Assembly: GCA_963759805.1 (NCBI GenBank)
Contig: CAVXAT010000002.1
Coordinates: forward strand, 32,001 to 96,000
DNA from: an uncultured bacterium
GTDB taxonomy: Bacteria; Babelota; Babeliae; Babelales; RVW-14
DNA length: 64,000 bases
Direction of reading: 5' to 3'
This document shows positions 30,501 through 39,256 of the stretch, piece after piece. The notes under the pieces are model-generated. The model saw only the letters and a list, made by a program, of their open reading frames with translations. It did not search any database and was not told the DNA's origin. Position numbers and translations under genes: made by a program. The stretch's first letter is position 1; every line of letters starts with the position of its first letter.

Positions 30501-31563
30501 CGCTTTGGGCAAAGCCGCACAAAACACATTGCGCAATGCACAAAGGGCTGCGACAGCATTGGGTAGAGGTGCAATTCGAGGTGCTGAGAAATTTGATCCC
30601 AAGGTTATGTTTGTTGCCAATGCAAAACTTGCAATGTTTGCAATTGGGGAAATTAGCAGGCAAGAAACTGTCGACCAGGCCTTTTTATCTTTCAATCCTG
30701 AACAAGCTGAGCAGGCGGCTTCGGCACATGCTCAACATTGCACAGAACAGTATCAAGCATTTTCAACGGCTGCCAAACAAACTCTTGAGCGGTTAAGGAG
30801 CATGCCATGGGAAGAAGTGCTTGAAAATGGTTCTGAGCTTGGTGTTGATCTTGTTATGCAAGGTGTGTTTATTAACGGACTGGGCAAACTTGGTGGAACA
30901 GCATTGCAGCGTTTTGCTGCATTAACATCGGATTTAAATGAAATTGTCAAAGCTGAAAAAATAGCCGCTGCCACTGGAAAGGCTTCCGCTCAAATTACAG
31001 AGCTTGGGCAACAGGTTGCTGTTGTAGGTAAACTTACTGAACAAGAGGGATCTGAAGTAGCAGGAAGAGTTGTTGGAATTATTAAAGATAATCCCGAGCT
31101 TATCCAGAGCGAATTTGGTTTTGTACAAACTGTAAGAGCTGTATCAAAAATTGAGCAAAAGCCACATTGGGAATCGCTTGCGCTTGACCCTGCCCATGGA
31201 AATAAAATAAGTATCAAAAGTATTGAGGAAGCTTTGGCTGGAATTGCTGCTGAAGAAAAAGGATTTTTACCAGGACCTATTAGGCGCGATCCGAGCGCAG
31301 CCGCAGAATTTATTGATACATTAGGAAGAGCTTGGGATGTTAAAACTCCACTATCACTTGCTCCCAATGGGCAACATGTTTTCAAAATCGACCAGGTATT
31401 TAGTAGTATCAAACGAGAACTAGGACTTGGCGAAAATGTCATCTTGAGTATGATTAAACTTAATAAAGAGGATGCGTTGTCTTTGATTGCAAAATTAAAA
31501 ACAGAATTGTCAGCAGCTGAGATCGAAAAAATTATTACTGTTTTTAGAGAGGACTTATTTTAA
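27565..31563 (+). CDS. Large exported polymorphic-toxin-like protein with a putative PD-(D/E)xK-type nuclease C-terminus
   Basis: GGAGGTTATC-ATG start at 27565; signal peptide; low-complexity linker; C-terminus LALDPAHG..EEA..G.....G....PIRRDP...AEFID..G..WDVK; small ORF immediately downstream. Confidence 0.72.
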   Translation: MKFKNILIYLFAVGQVGFAWGMGRTQFASSCTELWFQGSSIQDQARPTTSSEWGIRVNLPSRSRYTSESSYSRSSGPLRKCFANSPTKAVFNLPNLVSSHQYKTLDKAFSALLNSDATVKAVQNDPNVLVQLYSALAQLHEQMAFQDKKNTLVTDGTHWFLQKPNGKRLDLTSKVSNASYAINQFVYEIKDELESKGIPFDLVLRSHRECVGFSKDGKKVIHRYSGLPGSGQEYVLDLIVSTEDDGSKKITHKIKNKNKVNDKNLRKPKDVQPPAPTIPHAPTPTPDILYKGVILSQQPLLIDTSVDARCKGTIKTYMDSPKFAEKAYSLFNSKDAFRGIRFTENDFNLTERSPDGTLVYIAGALVEHEDGTKEAGAIRIVVKPNPEMPEIREIHSYVGELNKDVSNGLDVNPLTQDRPGKKDDGVSSDPKISPTPKHIFDMSKLLDSDLKQIDLHHYMLNQSTKQFVRFNSHIDSLQQGRGTQAADGSTTKPQQGPNTGAAGDRKDKIAPENEYTEAGQTHKNLAGQHQLETQDQDDELPKQESSQAGAANVDAKAAEEAAAAKAQAEAEETAAKAAKEEADAMAKKAVDKKIASEASAKKTRRSKAILAQQNKDITQKSLHQAEQIEALVNKGFTKDLAKMKVCAPREYSAFVKLSDKQILQREELSTAKTDVGGTAKPSQPVEMSQPIRLTLADRFQQATSVDSGTQGKQPALNFSIEDRNRGFKERIARMQQHSTSRLSEQPKAPVIPEVPVKPVETPTQAPQPQQPTFIERIRERAAEVIEMAKIPALETLKTVVTSATDNLLKYFFTSPPTMDGKHFFGEGPEETRYTPYLDRPLLNLQSKLHPDMEMQDSSQNLATAAASSGEQEYPIMFDPTARPVKITHTGYSSSNPTEVEKPFVMPHDVGIEGPTATTQTGHLNLEQFKRHTDYTAKKSAELAEITRDNPTLQNTCKFVDALNRFANLYAEADDGVGATALGKAAQNTLRNAQRAATALGRGAIRGAEKFDPKVMFVANAKLAMFAIGEISRQETVDQAFLSFNPEQAEQAASAHAQHCTEQYQAFSTAAKQTLERLRSMPWEEVLENGSELGVDLVMQGVFINGLGKLGGTALQRFAALTSDLNEIVKAEKIAAATGKASAQITELGQQVAVVGKLTEQEGSEVAGRVVGIIKDNPELIQSEFGFVQTVRAVSKIEQKPHWESLALDPAHGNKISIKSIEEALAGIAAEEKGFLPGPIRRDPSAAAEFIDTLGRAWDVKTPLSLAPNGQHVFKIDQVFSSIKRELGLGENVILSMIKLNKEDALSLIAKLKTELSAAEIEKIITVFREDLF
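30289..30520 (+). repeat. 232-bp direct repeat, copy 1 (inside the toxin gene)
   Basis: Aligns ungapped to 31987-32218 with about 13 mismatches by hand count. Confidence 0.92.
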
Positions 31564-31564
31564 T

Positions 31565-31903
31565 ATGGCAAACCTGATACTGAAAAATGACAAAGTTATA
31601 TGGAAGTGTTCCAACTCCATGCTGGCTCTTATTTATGAAACAATTATGGGAATTATGAATGATAAAAAAATGAATAAAGAGTCCGCAGTTTGCAAATTTG
31701 TGGAAAAATTAAATCAGGATATCTATGGAGATGGATGTATTTCTATTGATCTGGATGATTATCTAAAAAACAATGACGATATACTTGTTTTTGCAAAGTT
31801 ATTTAAGGAATCAATAGAACAGCTTAAGAAAAAATTTGAATGGCAAGAAGAACTATATAGCCACACATTAAAATTATATCAACAGCTGACATGCCCTGAT
31901 TAA
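31565..31903 (+). CDS. Putative immunity protein for the upstream toxin
   Basis: 112 aa, starts 1 nt after the toxin stop, followed by a terminator; function inferred from position. Confidence 0.62.
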   Translation: MANLILKNDKVIWKCSNSMLALIYETIMGIMNDKKMNKESAVCKFVEKLNQDIYGDGCISIDLDDYLKNNDDILVFAKLFKESIEQLKKKFEWQEELYSHTLKLYQQLTCPD

Positions 31904-31937
31904 TTATCATAGAGCATAATGTTTTTGTCATTTTCAT

Positions 31938-31971
31938 GCCTCGGCATGTATAAAAGTGCTGGGGCTTTTTT
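31938..31971 (+). terminator. Intrinsic terminator after immunity gene 1
   Basis: gcctcggca / tgctggggc stem then T6. Confidence 0.65.
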
Positions 31972-31986
31972 GCTGCACTCGCTACC

Positions 31987-32218
31987 GTTGGCATGGAAGG
32001 ACCAACTGCAACAACGCAGACTGGTCGCTTAAACCTGGAACAATTTAAACTCCACACAGACTACACGGCAAAGAAAAGTGCAGAATTGGCAGAAATTACT
32101 CGTGATAACCCAACGCTGCAAAATGCCTGCAAATTTGTGGATGCTCTCAACAGATTTGCTAACTTGTACGCAGAGGCTGATGATGGGGTTGGAGCAAACG
32201 CTTTGGGCAAAGCCGCAC
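31987..32218 (+). repeat. 232-bp direct repeat, copy 2 (start of the orphan cassette)
   Basis: See copy 1; an ATT codon of copy 1 corresponds to the ATG at 31993. Confidence 0.92.
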
Positions 32219-33301
32219 GACAAACAGTGCATTATGCCGAAAATATAACAAAAATATTTGGCGGTCACATTCAAGAAGCTCTTCTTGGCGTTTCAGATTC
32301 AGGCCTGGATCACCTTGACTTTGGAACAGAAGCTGCGTCTCATCCACAAGAAACTTTAGTAAATATGGCTAATGGCCTCAAAGAGCTTACAATTTTTACT
32401 GCAAAAATTATGGCAATAGGAGAGATGTCTCTAGATAATTCAGAATTAGCACTTGATGCATTTAATAGAGAAATTAGGCCAACGGTGCAACCATTGTACG
32501 ATAGACTCGAAGCTATGACGGGACCGGAAAGAACCAGATTTATAACACGTACATTCTGTAATCTTTTTTTGGGGAAATATCTATCGATTGGCTTGCAAGC
32601 GGCATCCCTTGGTATATCTGTACCAAACATTCAGCAATTTAGGTTAGCAACTGCGGCAGCAAAAGAGTTTTATGGATCTTTGATTAATGAAGCAGAAATA
32701 GTAAGTAGAATTCCAAATTTTGCGAATTTGCCACAAAATATGCAAACTCTTTTATCTCCTCTTATATCGATGACTGAGAATCCTGGTAAGTTGGTTGAAT
32801 TAGGAATCAACAAAGGCCAAGAATTTGCGAGAAGGATTGCAATAGCACTTGGGCAAAATCCAGAGTTAGTCGTTACAGAAGGCTCATTTGATGGTGCTGT
32901 GGCAAGACTTGTGGGTGATTTCGAAAAAGAAGGTGCGGCGGCAGCTGCAGCCGATGATTTGGCAAGTTTTAGAAAAAGTGAGCGTGGAGCCTCTTCAGGT
33001 ACTGCTGTTCAAGCTGAGCAGAGTTATGCTAAAATGTTTGAGCAGAGAATTAGCAAGATGCCAGTGGGTGAAAGAGTTGCAGCGGTGACAGAAGAGGCTC
33101 AAAGAATAGCTGCGGCTAGAGGATGGGAAAAAATGGGTCAAATATCTAGAAGAAATGGGGAAAGAATTGTTTACAAAGATAAAAATGCATCGAAACTTTA
33201 TTCTGTGGATATATACTGACCCCATAAAACTAGACAGTGCAACTTGAGAAAATAAGTACTTTAAAAATATTAGTTATAACAATGAGCCCGGGGGGCATTA
33301 A

Positions 33302-33577
33302 ATGAGTAACAAAGTAAGCAGAACCCACAGCAACAAATTTAAACTAAAAGTTGCATTGGCAGCTATAAAGGCTGATAGGCCAATAGCTGAATTATGCCAA
33401 GAATTTGCATTAGCGACAAGTCAAATTTATGCATGGAAAAAACGGCTTGAAGATCGAGGCATTGAAGTTTTTTCGAGTGAAAAAATGGCTGCAAAAAAAA
33501 GTTTAGATGTTGAAAAGTTTCATGTGATTATAGGCAAGCTTATTGTAGAACGTGAGTCATTATTGCGGGCGCTTTAA
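33302..33577 (+). CDS. IS3-type OrfA HTH protein, copy 1
   Basis: R.HS..FKLKVAL.AIK....IAELC.EF.....QIY.WKK. Confidence 0.8.
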   Translation: MSNKVSRTHSNKFKLKVALAAIKADRPIAELCQEFALATSQIYAWKKRLEDRGIEVFSSEKMAAKKSLDVEKFHVIIGKLIVERESLLRAL

Positions 33578-33678
33578 TGCAATAAACGCAAATGGATAAA
33601 CTGTGTACAACGACAATAATAATGAATTAGCATGAGAATGTTAAATCTAAAAATTTGCTTTACAAGAAAGGCATTCTC

Positions 33679-33957
33679 ATGAGTGATGACACGAAAAAAA
33701 GTCATGATGACAAGCTTAAACTTAAGGTGGCTTTAGCTATGATAAAGGCCGACAAATCAGTTGATACCATCTGTAGAGAATTTAATATTTCAACATGCCA
33801 AGCATATGCATGGAAGCAACACCTAGAAGAGCATGGCAACGAACTTTTTGCAGACAAAAGAAAAGTTAAAAAAGAAGAAACATATGACAAGATTTTGGCA
33901 GACCTTGAACAAGTAAAGGAAGAGCGCAATTTTTTAGTACAAGTGCTCAGTCGCTAG
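33679..33957 (+). CDS. IS3-type OrfA HTH protein, copy 2 (probably fused to OrfB by -1 frameshift)
   Basis: KLKVAL.MIK....V..IC.EF......Y.WK; ERNFL end with T TTT TTA slippery heptamer at 33930-33936; OrfB is in the -1 frame. Confidence 0.82.
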   Translation: MSDDTKKSHDDKLKLKVALAMIKADKSVDTICREFNISTCQAYAWKQHLEEHGNELFADKRKVKKEETYDKILADLEQVKEERNFLVQVLSR

Positions 33958-33965
33958 ATATCCAA

Positions 33966-34886
33966 GTGCGCAAGCAATGGATTGAGCACAACAACAAATT
34001 GAACTTGTCCAGAAAATGCGATCTGCTCGGTATAAATCGAAGTAGCCTTTATTACAAGCCAAAGAAGGCCAACAACCAAGACGAGGTGATTATGGATGAG
34101 ATACGCAACGAATATGAGAGACATCCATTTTATGGATATCGAAAAATACACGAAGTTCTTATCGAAAAAAGCTTTAACCACAACATTAAAAGAACACAGC
34201 GGCTAATGACGTTGACAGGTCTTTGTGCAGTTGCCCCTTATAAAAAAACTAGCATTCCAAACAAGGAACACAAGGTGTACAAATATCTTTTAAGAGGATT
34301 ACGAGTTTGCCGCCCAAACCAAGTCTGGAAAACAGATATCACATACGTAAAAATAAGAGGTGGGTTTGTTTATTTGGTTTGTCTTATCGATGTTTTTAGT
34401 CGCAAGATTATGGGATGGGCATTGTCACCATATCTCGATACAGACGTTTGTCTTGAAGCATTGGAAATGGCTCTCGTACTCGGTAAGCCTGAGATTTTAA
34501 ATAGTGATCAAGGGTGCCAGTTTACAAGTGAAAGATGGGTTGCTCGTTTAGAAAAAGAAGGTATCAAAATTAGTATGGATGGAATAGGTCGATGGGCAGA
34601 CAACATCATTATTGAACGATTCTGGCGAACTATTAAATATGAAGCACTGTGTTTTTATGTTCTTGAAAACATTGCTGAGACGCGATTAATTATAAAAAAC
34701 TATATCAACTTTTATAATAGAGAACGCTTTCACCAATCACTCGAATATAAAAAACCAGATGAAGTTTACTATGGAGCTATCATTGCAGTAGACCAATCTG
34801 ATTTTACTTTCGAATCATTGGCTTTTGTATGTAATAGCAAAATCATCGTTCAACAAAATAAATCAATGGGGATACAAATGGCCTGA
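33966..34886 (+). CDS. IS3-family DDE transposase OrfB
   Basis: HPFYGYR, PNQVW.TDITY, ID.FSR.I.GW, NSDQG.QFTS, DNIIIERFWRT.KYE, R.HQSL.Y..P. Confidence 0.95.
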   Translation: MRKQWIEHNNKLNLSRKCDLLGINRSSLYYKPKKANNQDEVIMDEIRNEYERHPFYGYRKIHEVLIEKSFNHNIKRTQRLMTLTGLCAVAPYKKTSIPNKEHKVYKYLLRGLRVCRPNQVWKTDITYVKIRGGFVYLVCLIDVFSRKIMGWALSPYLDTDVCLEALEMALVLGKPEILNSDQGCQFTSERWVARLEKEGIKISMDGIGRWADNIIIERFWRTIKYEALCFYVLENIAETRLIIKNYINFYNRERFHQSLEYKKPDEVYYGAIIAVDQSDFTFESLAFVCNSKIIVQQNKSMGIQMA

Positions 34887-35080
34887 TAAAAATTCTGAAA
34901 TATAAGTTAAAAATTTGTCTTGACAATGGGGGTCACTATAATACACAGCATGGACGATTTGAAATATTAAATGAAGAAGGAAAACATTTGGGAGAAGTTG
35001 ATTTTGATTTCAATTTTACAAAAGAACGTGATGCATCAGGTAGCCACGATTTAAATACGCGATAAGAAAGGTTTAAAATA

Positions 35081-35626
35081 ATGGTAGACATTGTTTCTAA
35101 AACAATCGATTATTTTTACAAACAAAAAAATTATAATGCCTTTAAGGAATGTTGTAAAAATCCATTGAATTTGTTTCTGGAGTTACAGCAATATATAGAT
35201 AGAAACGGATTAAATTCGTCTGGAGGACCCGATAATAAGTACTACCCGGCCAGAGATTGGCACATACATTTTAATGATTATAAGAAAGGTGAATTTGAAA
35301 TTTCTTATACAACAGTTCTTAATATTTCAAAACTTGCACCATTATATTATGTTCAACATGAATTTTCAGTTAAAGATAAAGATGATGATAGAATGACTCC
35401 TGTCCTAGATGGTTTTAGTAATCACCCATATACAAAGAAACAGTTTGTTTTGCATGATAAAATTTCATCTGTTTTAAATAAAAAAGGGTATCATGAACTC
35501 GAGTATGTTGACATAAGTGAGGCGGTAGAAGGTTTTAAAATGCCAGAGGGGGTAACTATCTTTGGGCCTAATGTTACAGTTGAAGATTTATTGTTTGCAG
35601 ATTTATTTGATGTACGTAATAAGTAG
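35081..35626 (+). CDS. Putative immunity protein for the orphan RNase cassette
   Basis: Starts 15 nt after the reconstructed toxin stop, with a GAAAGG RBS; followed by a terminator like the one after immunity gene 1. Confidence 0.65.
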   Translation: MVDIVSKTIDYFYKQKNYNAFKECCKNPLNLFLELQQYIDRNGLNSSGGPDNKYYPARDWHIHFNDYKKGEFEISYTTVLNISKLAPLYYVQHEFSVKDKDDDRMTPVLDGFSNHPYTKKQFVLHDKISSVLNKKGYHELEYVDISEAVEGFKMPEGVTIFGPNVTVEDLLFADLFDVRNK

Positions 35627-35661
35627 GCGTTTTCAATAAATAAGCTTTATTAACACTTTAT

Positions 35662-35693
35662 GCCCTGGCCGGTAAAACGGCTGGGCTTTTTTT
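35662..35693 (+). terminator. Intrinsic terminator after immunity gene 2
   Basis: gccctggccg / cggctgggc stem then T7. Confidence 0.65.
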
Positions 35694-35753
35694 GTAGCAT
35701 AGAAACGTTAGTATCCTAAATTTAAAAAACGACGGGATACAAATTTATGAGCC

Positions 35754-37133
35754 TTAGTTTCTAGCGTTTTCTCGAGATAGTCTTAATGCCTCATCTCGTG
35801 CATTCGCAAACTCTGTTCTTGCTTCTGCTAATTTATGAGATATATCAAGCCTATTTGCCTGTAGGATTGTGGCTTGTTCTTTGAATTTGTTCTCCTCCAT
35901 TCTTCTATCAAATTCGCGACTAACAATTTGCTGAATTCTTTGTGCTTCTTTTTCAGCATAAAATTGCCTTCCCAGCCATGAATCTCGTGGAGGGTGCATC
36001 CTTTCATCAAGAGGTATCCATGACTCATTTGCGTGAATGTTTTGCCTAAAAGATACAGCACGTTCTTCCAAGGCTGTGGTTTGTATAGCCGCTTTTATTT
36101 GGACCAATTTTCCGTCTAGAACGGAAATCTCTGATTGTTTTCGATCAGCTTCTTCCCATGCCAACCTGCTGGGATCATTTGCTGGTCTACCTAGTGCTTT
36201 TTCTCGCAACTGTGTTTCTTCTGCACGCCTGTATTCTACCTCTGCCCATTCACAAGCAGCTTCTTCATCTCTAATTTTTTGTAGTCGTGCTTCTTCTGCT
36301 TGCCTGCTGGCTTGCTCTTCTTCTAGAATTTTTCGCTTACGAGCTTCCTCCGCTTCTCTACGAACATGCTCTTCATCTCGGATTTTTTGTAATCGTGCTT
36401 CTTCTACTTGCTTGCGCACTCGTTCTTCTTCTAAGGCCTTTCTTTGAAGAGCTCCCTCAGCCTGCCTATGAGCAGTCTCTTCTTTAAAAAATGCTTCTTT
36501 TATTTTGTTAGTCCCATAAAGATCTTTTATCGACATAATAATGCTTAGCCCCAAAGCAACTCCGTACAATATCTGTTCTGGACTCTTATCTTTACTGATA
36601 ATTATATTATCAAATAACCGAAATGCGGAATTCAATGACTTACACTTTAATCTAAAATCTGCATCTTCAATTGTAGCCCTATCTTTAAGTGAAGCAAATA
36701 ATGCAGTTAGGCCTTCGATAAATGGAATTAATCCCGTGTGAAAAGTTTTAAGAAATCCTTCTAATTTTTTTATATCTTCCGAATTTTGAGTTATATCTTC
36801 AGGTTTGTTAAATAAATCAACTAAATGTGTAACGAAACGTACTCCATCATAGGCTGCCCAAATATAATCGTACTTATGAAATTCCAATTCTCCATTCTTA
36901 TTAATTATAGAAAGTACTTCACTTGACAATCGAAGAACATCTACTGATAAATTCAAAATATGATGGTACTTTTTACTAGATTCGGGGCTTAACTTATTTT
37001 TAATTGCAAGCGTCGGAATTCTTAAAAGTGCAACAATTGATTCAACATTGTTTAGATCTATTTCAGAAAATAAATTGCTTGAATATGTGCTTGTGCTGAA
37101 AAAAAGAATAAGCATAACTATTTTTTTAAGCAT
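35754..37133 (-). CDS. Hypothetical exported protein with charged coiled-coil repeats
   Basis: Signal peptide; repeated EEARLQKIRDEE-like units. Confidence 0.75.
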   Translation of the reverse strand: MLKKIVMLILFFSTSTYSSNLFSEIDLNNVESIVALLRIPTLAIKNKLSPESSKKYHHILNLSVDVLRLSSEVLSIINKNGELEFHKYDYIWAAYDGVRFVTHLVDLFNKPEDITQNSEDIKKLEGFLKTFHTGLIPFIEGLTALFASLKDRATIEDADFRLKCKSLNSAFRLFDNIIISKDKSPEQILYGVALGLSIIMSIKDLYGTNKIKEAFFKEETAHRQAEGALQRKALEEERVRKQVEEARLQKIRDEEHVRREAEEARKRKILEEEQASRQAEEARLQKIRDEEAACEWAEVEYRRAEETQLREKALGRPANDPSRLAWEEADRKQSEISVLDGKLVQIKAAIQTTALEERAVSFRQNIHANESWIPLDERMHPPRDSWLGRQFYAEKEAQRIQQIVSREFDRRMEENKFKEQATILQANRLDISHKLAEARTEFANARDEALRLSRENARN

Positions 37134-37189
37134 AAAAATCCTTTTGAACTAAATAAAATTACCTTGATGGAGGCTTCAGGTTGTTAAAT

Positions 37190-37912
37190 TTACGCCGGCT
37201 TTGCTATTTCATTTGAAGTGGCTTCTTTTACTGTTTTCAAGATAAATTCTTTCAATATATCTTTGAGCGTAGGGTGTGTTTTATTGTTGTAATGCTCTAA
37301 AATTGAAAATAATTTATCTGTGGAAATAGGCGAAATTTTATCTTCCATTTCAAATAACACGTTTAAAGATTTATCATAGAATTTAAACAAGCCATAATTT
37401 CCCAGGGAAATTAGAAAGGATGAAATTTGATCAACATCCTTCCATTCGATACTTTTGCCATTCCAAAATTTAATTTCATGATAATTCATTATGAGAAACG
37501 GAACCTTGCTAAGATCATAATGTAAATTTTTGCATAAAATGACCAGCGCCAGCAAATCGGGTATCATAAAGAGAGAAACCCCAAGCAACCGAAATATTTC
37601 CTCAGTAGAATCTTTACACGGAAAAGAATTTACACAATAAAGGCAAAAACCTGTAAAAAACACCAAGTTAAATGTAGCAACAAGATATGCATATGAGCTT
37701 GAAGCCGCATATAAAGTTAAAGTTTCTCCATCGTAGGCAATTTTGTCACTTTTCATTTTATCCACAAATTCTTTTATGAATGAATCTTCTGTTTTCGATG
37801 TTAATTCTTCTGCTTTTGGTTTGGTAGAATCCTGCATTGCTGGCAAATTGCCCGAAAAAGACATCGCGATAACTGTTGTTAAAAACAAAAATTTAAAATT
37901 ACTTTTAATCAT
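37190..37912 (-). CDS. Hypothetical membrane protein, paralog of 37905-38570
   Basis: Signal peptide ending PAM; FIKEF..K....I.YDG.TLTLY; two TMs. Confidence 0.72.
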   Translation of the reverse strand: MIKSNFKFLFLTTVIAMSFSGNLPAMQDSTKPKAEELTSKTEDSFIKEFVDKMKSDKIAYDGETLTLYAASSSYAYLVATFNLVFFTGFCLYCVNSFPCKDSTEEIFRLLGVSLFMIPDLLALVILCKNLHYDLSKVPFLIMNYHEIKFWNGKSIEWKDVDQISSFLISLGNYGLFKFYDKSLNVLFEMEDKISPISTDKLFSILEHYNNKTHPTLKDILKEFILKTVKEATSNEIAKPA

Positions 37913-38570
37913 GTAAATCCTTATCTTTTGCCCCATATTTTTTAAAATAAAATCCCAAAATTACAATTAATTCCGAAAGTTTAATTGGTAAATTGTTGTT
38001 ATCAATAACAAAAAGGGGTATGCCGTCTTTGTCACATAGCATAATCGAATTATCGCTTAAAAACTTCATTATAGATGCATCAGTCCATTTAATTTTAATG
38101 TTATTACGGGCCTCAATTTGTTCACTATCTATTGATAAAAACGGAGTAAATTTTTTGAAAAATAGATTTGTTAACATATTCACATATATGTAGAATCCCG
38201 ATGCAACACCAAATAATATGCAAATCGCACCAAATGCATCTAAACATTCTCTTAAATTTCTGCGTCCATCGTTACTTTTTATTAAGCATCCAATTCCCAA
38301 GAATAGACATGTCGCCGTGAAAATTAAAGGCCCCTTCATACTTGAGCTTGTATCCATATATAATCTAAGAGTTTTCCCATCATATTTAACTTTGGGATTA
38401 TTGATCTTTTTCGCAAATTCTTTTATGAAAGCATTGTCTGTTGCAGGTGATAATAAAGATGATTCGGCTATTTGTTTGTCCGCAACTTCTTGCATTGAAA
38501 ACAAACTGCTTGCAAAACATACTGCAATCAACGTCATTAAAAGTAGTATTTTAAAATTATTTTTACACAT
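37905..38570 (-). CDS. Hypothetical membrane protein, paralog of 37190-37912
   Basis: Signal peptide ending FSM; FIKEF..K....V.YDGKTLRLY; two TMs. Confidence 0.72.
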   Translation of the reverse strand: MCKNNFKILLLMTLIAVCFASSLFSMQEVADKQIAESSLLSPATDNAFIKEFAKKINNPKVKYDGKTLRLYMDTSSSMKGPLIFTATCLFLGIGCLIKSNDGRRNLRECLDAFGAICILFGVASGFYIYVNMLTNLFFKKFTPFLSIDSEQIEARNNIKIKWTDASIMKFLSDNSIMLCDKDGIPLFVIDNNNLPIKLSELIVILGFYFKKYGAKDKDLHD

Positions 38571-38854
38571 AAAAATCCTTTTGAATTAAATAAAATTACC
38601 TTGATGAAGGATAGCAAGATTTTAAAATAATTAAAGCGTAAAAATGTAATTATTAATGCGTAAAGGCGCTGGAGCTTTTTGAATTGACTTTGACTCATAG
38701 AAAAACTATAAAATAAATGTTAAATTTTCCTGAATTTTTATTTTGGTAGGATTGTATTATGGCTTCAACGTATTCATAAAATTAATGGGAATCCTTTGAT
38801 TGTAAAACTAATGCCAAATTTTTTTAATAAATATAGCATATATATGAGAAAAAC

Positions 38855-39256
38855 TTACAAAAACAATTGATAGTGAGTGTTAAAAAGCTTGGCAAGTTTT
38901 TGTGCCATCTTCTTTCCAATAACTCTCTTCCCGTGTTCCATCTGAGAAACATGGCTTTGACGAATATTGAGTTTTTTAGCTAGTTCAGCTTGTGTCATGC
39001 CATCACGAGATCTAAAGCCACGAATAGTGGTCCCTACTTTTCCATATTTCTGATGCAAATTTCTGAATACTTCATCTGCCGGAATAAGTTCTTCATCATC
39101 ATTTAAAACTTTGAATGGCTTGAGCTGCTCAAACAGTTCTAGTGCTGACTTGCGAGGAAGTAAAAATTTTGTGTTTAATTTATCATGAATCGTAACTTCA
39201 ATAAGATTGTCAGTAAGGGGATTTTTCATGCGTTCCGACATAATACACCTCAACAA
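38855..39256 (-). CDS. XRE-family HTH antitoxin (HigA-like)
   Basis: IRG.R.R.GMTQ.ELA..L.I.Q.HVS.ME.GKR.IGK; start uncertain. Confidence 0.8.
   Translation of the reverse strand: MLRCIMSERMKNPLTDNLIEVTIHDKLNTKFLLPRKSALELFEQLKPFKVLNDDEELIPADEVFRNLHQKYGKVGTTIRGFRSRDGMTQAELAKKLNIRQSHVSQMEHGKRVIGKKMAQKLAKLFNTHYQLFL

Larger units (their letters stand above)
33212..34940 (+). mobile_element. IS3-family insertion sequence (1729 bp)
   Basis: 25-bp imperfect terminal IRs tatactgaccccataaaactagaca / tgtcttgacaatgggggtcactata; 3-bp target duplication ATA at 33209-33211 and 34941-34943. Confidence 0.92.
31993..35065 (+). pseudogene. Orphan toxin C-terminal cassette with a colicin-E3-like RNase tip, split by an IS3-family element
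   Basis: Joining 31993-33211 to 34944-35065 gives a 446-aa ORF ending LYSVDTQHGRFEILNEEGKHLGEVDFDFNFTKERDASGSHDLNTR*. Confidence 0.82.

Noticed and set aside
29138..31442. Numerous antisense and alternate-frame ORFs within the large toxin gene
   Set aside because: Expected from Ala-rich codon usage; no recognisable motifs
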